This document shows positions 60,678 to 64,000 of a DNA stretch of 64,000 bases, one piece after another. The stretch comes from Spirochaetia bacterium (GTDB lineage Bacteria > Spirochaetota > Spirochaetia > SZUA-6 > Bin103). How positions within the stretch are numbered: position 1 is the stretch's first letter; the number at the start of each line of letters is the position of its first letter. Location: assembly GCA_965208575.1 (NCBI GenBank), contig CBDBOV010000004.1, forward strand, positions 1,216,001 to 1,280,000, in the 5' to 3' direction. A program made the position numbers and the translations under genes. The notes beneath the pieces were generated by a model. It was not told the origin of the DNA. It saw nothing but the letters and a program-made list of their open reading frames with translations, and did no database searches.

Positions 60678-61529
60678 TCATGCTGCCGCTCCTGTCCGAG
60701 TGGCCTCGAACGCGACCGGCGACTGGTAGCCCAGCGCCGAGTGACGCCGGCGACGGTTGTAGAACCCCTCGATGAACTCGAATATTGCCAAGCGCGCCTC
60801 GGCACGGCTGCGAAATCGGCTCCGATCAAGCAACTCGCACTCCAGGGTCGCGAAGAAACTTTCGCACATCGCGTTGTCGTATGCATCGCCCACCGAGCCC
60901 ATCGAGGGACGCACGCCGGCCTCTTTGCAGCGCATCCCGAACGCAATCGAGGTGTACTGAGAGCCCTGGTCGCTGTGGTGGATCACCTGCTCGGGTCGCC
61001 GCTGCCAGAGCGCCATGTCCAGCGCCTCCAGCACCAGTTCCGTGCGCAGATGACCGGCCATCGACCAGCCCACTACCCGGCGGCTCCAGGTATCCAGCAC
61101 CACCGCCAAGTACAGAAACCCCGCCCACGTCGGCACGTACGTAATGTCGGCCACCCACAATTGGTCGGCCCCGGCCGCGGTGAAGTTCCGATCCACCAAG
61201 TCTGGCGCCGGTCGGGTCGCCGCGCCACGCGTTGTGGTCCTGGGCCCGCGGCGGCGACTGGCCCCTTCGATGCCGGCCTGCTTCATCAGCCGCGCCACCC
61301 GCTTGTGCCCGACTCGTTCGTTCTCACCCTGCAACTCGGCGTGGATGCGCGGCCGACCATACACCTCGCGGTTGGCTCTCCATATCGCCGTGATACGCTC
61401 CCGCAACTGTCCATCGCGCCGCTCTCGCGCCGACGGCTCGCGGCGCACCCACGCATAGTAGCCGCTGGCGGAGAGACCCAGCACTCGACATATCGTGCGT
61501 ACCGGCCAGCGCGCCTGGTTGGCTTTCAC
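60678..61529 (-). CDS. IS3 OrfB (DDE)
   Basis: WVADITY, HHSDQGSQY, CESFF. Confidence 0.93.
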   Translation of the reverse strand: MKANQARWPVRTICRVLGLSASGYYAWVRREPSARERRDGQLRERITAIWRANREVYGRPRIHAELQGENERVGHKRVARLMKQAGIEGASRRRGPRTTTRGAATRPAPDLVDRNFTAAGADQLWVADITYVPTWAGFLYLAVVLDTWSRRVVGWSMAGHLRTELVLEALDMALWQRRPEQVIHHSDQGSQYTSIAFGMRCKEAGVRPSMGSVGDAYDNAMCESFFATLECELLDRSRFRSRAEARLAIFEFIEGFYNRRRRHSALGYQSPVAFEATRTGAAA

Positions 61530-61840
61530 GAACTCGAACCCCGCTCGGGGATCGAGTCGCTCTCCCGTGCGAACCAGGCCGCTGCTTTTTTTAGGATGTC
61601 ACGCTCGATCCGCAGTTGCTTGTTCTCTCGCCGCAGTCGGCGCAGCTCCTGGCGTTCATCGCTGCTCAACCCGTCCTCGCGGCGTCCAGCGTCCCGCTCC
61701 TGCTGCGCCACCCAGTTGCGGATCGCGCCCGCAGACGGCTCGTACTCCAGCGCCAACTCCTCGGGCGTGCGCCCAGACTGCACCAGCTCGACCATCTGCT
61801 GGCGAAACTCAGGCGCGTATGGTCGATGTGTCTTCGGCAT
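61526..61840 (-). CDS. IS3 OrfA
   Basis: HTH plus leucine zipper; AAAAAAAG frameshift signal at 61585-61592. Confidence 0.92.
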   Translation of the reverse strand: MPKTHRPYAPEFRQQMVELVQSGRTPEELALEYEPSAGAIRNWVAQQERDAGRREDGLSSDERQELRRLRRENKQLRIERDILKKAAAWFARESDSIPERGSSS

Positions 61841-62260
61841 CGTTGCCTCCTCATTCCGCCTCACTCCTAATGTGTCCACGAAACTGGGGCAACTCCAGGG
61901 TGGGATTTGCCTGTGGATATGTGGACAAGTCCGCATCAAGCTGGGGGTGGCGGCGTGGATGGCCGTGATCAGTGCTGGCGGCATGGACGTAGCGGGTGCC
62001 GGGAGTCGAAACGGAGCGCCTGAGAGACGATTCGGGGTTCAGCAAGGGGTATCCGGAGACCACCTGCTCCCGTGGAGCGGCCTTACAGGGCCGCTGAGAG
62101 CGCCAGTTCCGCGCCGCACCGGCAAGATGTCGGCCCGGGTGGTGCTGCAGCCGCCGAGCGCGGTGCGGTCGAGCCGGTCTGGGGCGTCCGTGGGGGGCGG
62201 ACCCGCGAGCGGTGCGCCGCTTGGAATTGTGCAGCCGTCGCGGGTCGGCAGCAGGTTGCC

Positions 62261-62554
62261 TCAGTCGCGCCCATACCCGCGTGGCGGCTCGACGCTCTCC
62301 AGTGCGCCAAGATCAAGCGCGCAAATCGCCTCCAGCTTGTCGCCGAGCGCGGTCTCCTGGAGCGCCTCGGGCAGGTTGTCGAGCCACGCTTGATACTCGC
62401 CCTGGAGGTCGAGCAGGGTGCGCACCGCATCCTGCCAGCGCTGCGGTCGGGAGCGCCGGTCGTGCGGTCGGCGGTACTGCGCTCGCGGCTGCTGCGCCTT
62501 GCGCCGCGCTCGATAGCGCCGTTGGCGTTGCGCGTTGGTCAACGCCATGGGCAC
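62261..62554 (-). CDS. IS passenger protein, second copy
   Basis: Same protein as 60194-60487. Confidence 0.8.
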   Translation of the reverse strand: MPMALTNAQRQRRYRARRKAQQPRAQYRRPHDRRSRPQRWQDAVRTLLDLQGEYQAWLDNLPEALQETALGDKLEAICALDLGALESVEPPRGYGRD

Positions 62555-62744
62555 TGATCACCGTTACGTAACGGCTCCTGGTCCAGCACCTCAGACGCTG
62601 CATCCCCGCTGCGCTGCGTGCTCACCGCGACGCCGGTCGGCGCGTGCAGCCGACTCGGACGCCAAGCGGTCCGGAGAGGGCCAATTGCCGACGAATATTG
62701 TCCCTGGAGGGGGCCGAGCGCCAGCATCGGCACCACGACGATGC

Positions 62745-63596
62745 TCATGCTGCCGCTCCTGTCCGAGTGGCCTCGAACGCGACCGGCGACTGGTAGCCCA
62801 GCGCCGAGTGACGCCGGCGACGGTTGTAGAACCCCTCGATGAACTCGAATATTGCCAAGCGCGCCTCGGCACGGCTGCGAAATCGGCTCCGATCGAGCAA
62901 CTCGCACTCCAGGGTCGCGAAGAAACTTTCGCACATCGCGTTGTCGTATGCATCGCCCACCGAGCCCATCGAGGGACGCACGCCGGCCTCTTTGCAGCGC
63001 ATCCCGAACGCAATCGAGGTGTACTGCGAGCCCTGGTCGCTGTGGTGGATCACCTGCTCGGGTCGCCGCTGCCAGAGCGCCATGTCCAGCGCCTCCAGCA
63101 CCAGTTCCGTGCGCAGATGACCGGCCATCGACCAGCCCACTACCCGGCGGCTCCAGGTATCCAGCACCACCGCCAAGTACAGAAACCCCGCCCACGTCGG
63201 CACGTACGTAATGTCGGCCACCCACAATTGGTCGGCCCCGGCCGCGGTGAAGTTCCGATCCACCAAGTCTGGCGCCGGTCGGGTCGCCGCGCCACGCGTT
63301 GTGGTCCTGGGCCCGCGGCGGCGACTGGCCCCTGCGATGCCGGCCTGCTTCATCAGCCGCGCCACCCGCTTGTGCCCGACTCGCTCGTTCTCAGCCTGCA
63401 ACTCGGCGTGGATGCGCGGCCGACCATACACCTCGCGGTTGGCTCTCCATATCGTCGTGATACGTTCCCGCAACTGTTTGTCGCGCCGCTCTCGCGCCGA
63501 CGGCTCGCGGCGCACCCACGCATAGTAGCCGCTGGCGGAGAGACCCAGCACTCGACATATCGTGCGTACCGGCCAGCGCGCCTGGTTGGCTTTCAC
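62745..63596 (-). CDS. IS3 OrfB (DDE)
   Basis: A few substitutions relative to 60678-61529. Confidence 0.93.
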   Translation of the reverse strand: MKANQARWPVRTICRVLGLSASGYYAWVRREPSARERRDKQLRERITTIWRANREVYGRPRIHAELQAENERVGHKRVARLMKQAGIAGASRRRGPRTTTRGAATRPAPDLVDRNFTAAGADQLWVADITYVPTWAGFLYLAVVLDTWSRRVVGWSMAGHLRTELVLEALDMALWQRRPEQVIHHSDQGSQYTSIAFGMRCKEAGVRPSMGSVGDAYDNAMCESFFATLECELLDRSRFRSRAEARLAIFEFIEGFYNRRRRHSALGYQSPVAFEATRTGAAA

Positions 63597-63907
63597 GAAC
63601 TCGAACCCCGCTCGGGGATCGAGTCGCTCTCCCGTGCGAACCAGGCCGCTGCTTTTTTTAGGATGTCACGCTCGATCCGCAGTTGCTTGTTCTCTCGCCG
63701 CAGTCGGCGCAGCTCCTGGCGTTCATCGCTGCTCAACCCGTCCTCGCGGCGTCCAGCGTCCCGCTCCTGCTGCGCCACCCAGTTGCGGATCGCGCCCGCA
63801 GACGGCTCGTACTCCAGCGCCAACTCCTCGGGCGTGCGCCCAGACTGCACCAGCTCGACCATCTGCTGGCGAAACTCAGGCGCGTATGGTCGATGTGTCT
63901 TCGGCAT
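63593..63907 (-). CDS. IS3 OrfA
   Basis: Same protein as 61526-61840. Confidence 0.92.
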   Translation of the reverse strand: MPKTHRPYAPEFRQQMVELVQSGRTPEELALEYEPSAGAIRNWVAQQERDAGRREDGLSSDERQELRRLRRENKQLRIERDILKKAAAWFARESDSIPERGSSS

Positions 63908-64000
63908 CGTTGCCTCCTCATTCCGCCTCACTCCTAATGTGTCCACGAAACTGGGGCAACTCCACGAGGTCTTCTGCGATGGTCGGGAACAGGTGCTGTT

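Larger units (their letters stand above)
59609..61897 (-). mobile_element. IS3-family element B, inner copy (2289 bp)
   Basis: Same IRs; TSD GGGT at 59605-59608 and 61898-61901. Confidence 0.92.
59442..63964 (-). mobile_element. IS3-family element B, outer copy
   Basis: IRs TGAGGGTGCCCC..GTGGACA and TGGAGTTGCCCC..GTGGACA; TSD CGAG at 59438-59441 and 63965-63968. Confidence 0.9.
59152..64000 (-). pseudogene. IS1182/IS5-like transposase N-terminal part interrupted by nested IS3-B
   Basis: Joining across TSD CGAG gives HLFPTIAEDL|GPLGERYQ...ARAFIAKAV...PSEATFSRAF. Confidence 0.75.

Noticed and set aside
60472-60681. 69-aa ORF coupled by ATGA to the IS3 orfB stop
   Set aside because: No recognisable motif, and it overlaps the palindrome and passenger start; cannot be supported as coding, though not excluded

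Overview
High-GC bacterial chromosome segment. The ABC binding-protein signal style (WAAGEEE) and the expansions of PhyH dioxygenases, sulfatases, ankyrin/PQQ-repeat proteins and a sterol desaturase suggest a sponge-symbiont-type Spirochaetaceae; this is inference. Metabolic genes include an RND/MFP/TolC pump, 4 PhyH, 4 sulfatase-like genes plus one broken one, ALS, split transketolase, GalU, an aminopeptidase and a sugar ABC transporter. These are interleaved with about 6 toxin-antitoxin pairs and three IS clusters. Highlights: (1) a tandem IS110 dimer whose upstream non-coding region shows a two-loop bridge-RNA architecture, with 7-nt guides matching its real target (TCAAGAG) and donor junction (TCAGGAG); (2) a non-coding 3' cassette (covarying hairpins, tandem DnaA-box-like motifs, C-tracts) shared by unrelated ISNCY-like and IS3 elements; (3) an IS3 carrying a 97-aa passenger gene with a palindromic site, inserted into its own sibling; (4) an HxG (halogenase-type) PhyH coupled to a PLP eliminase; (5) a Thr-type sulfatase-like enzyme; (6) many apparently leaderless genes. 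No rRNA, tRNA or CRISPR array was seen. All family calls come from motif recognition only; no database search was run.
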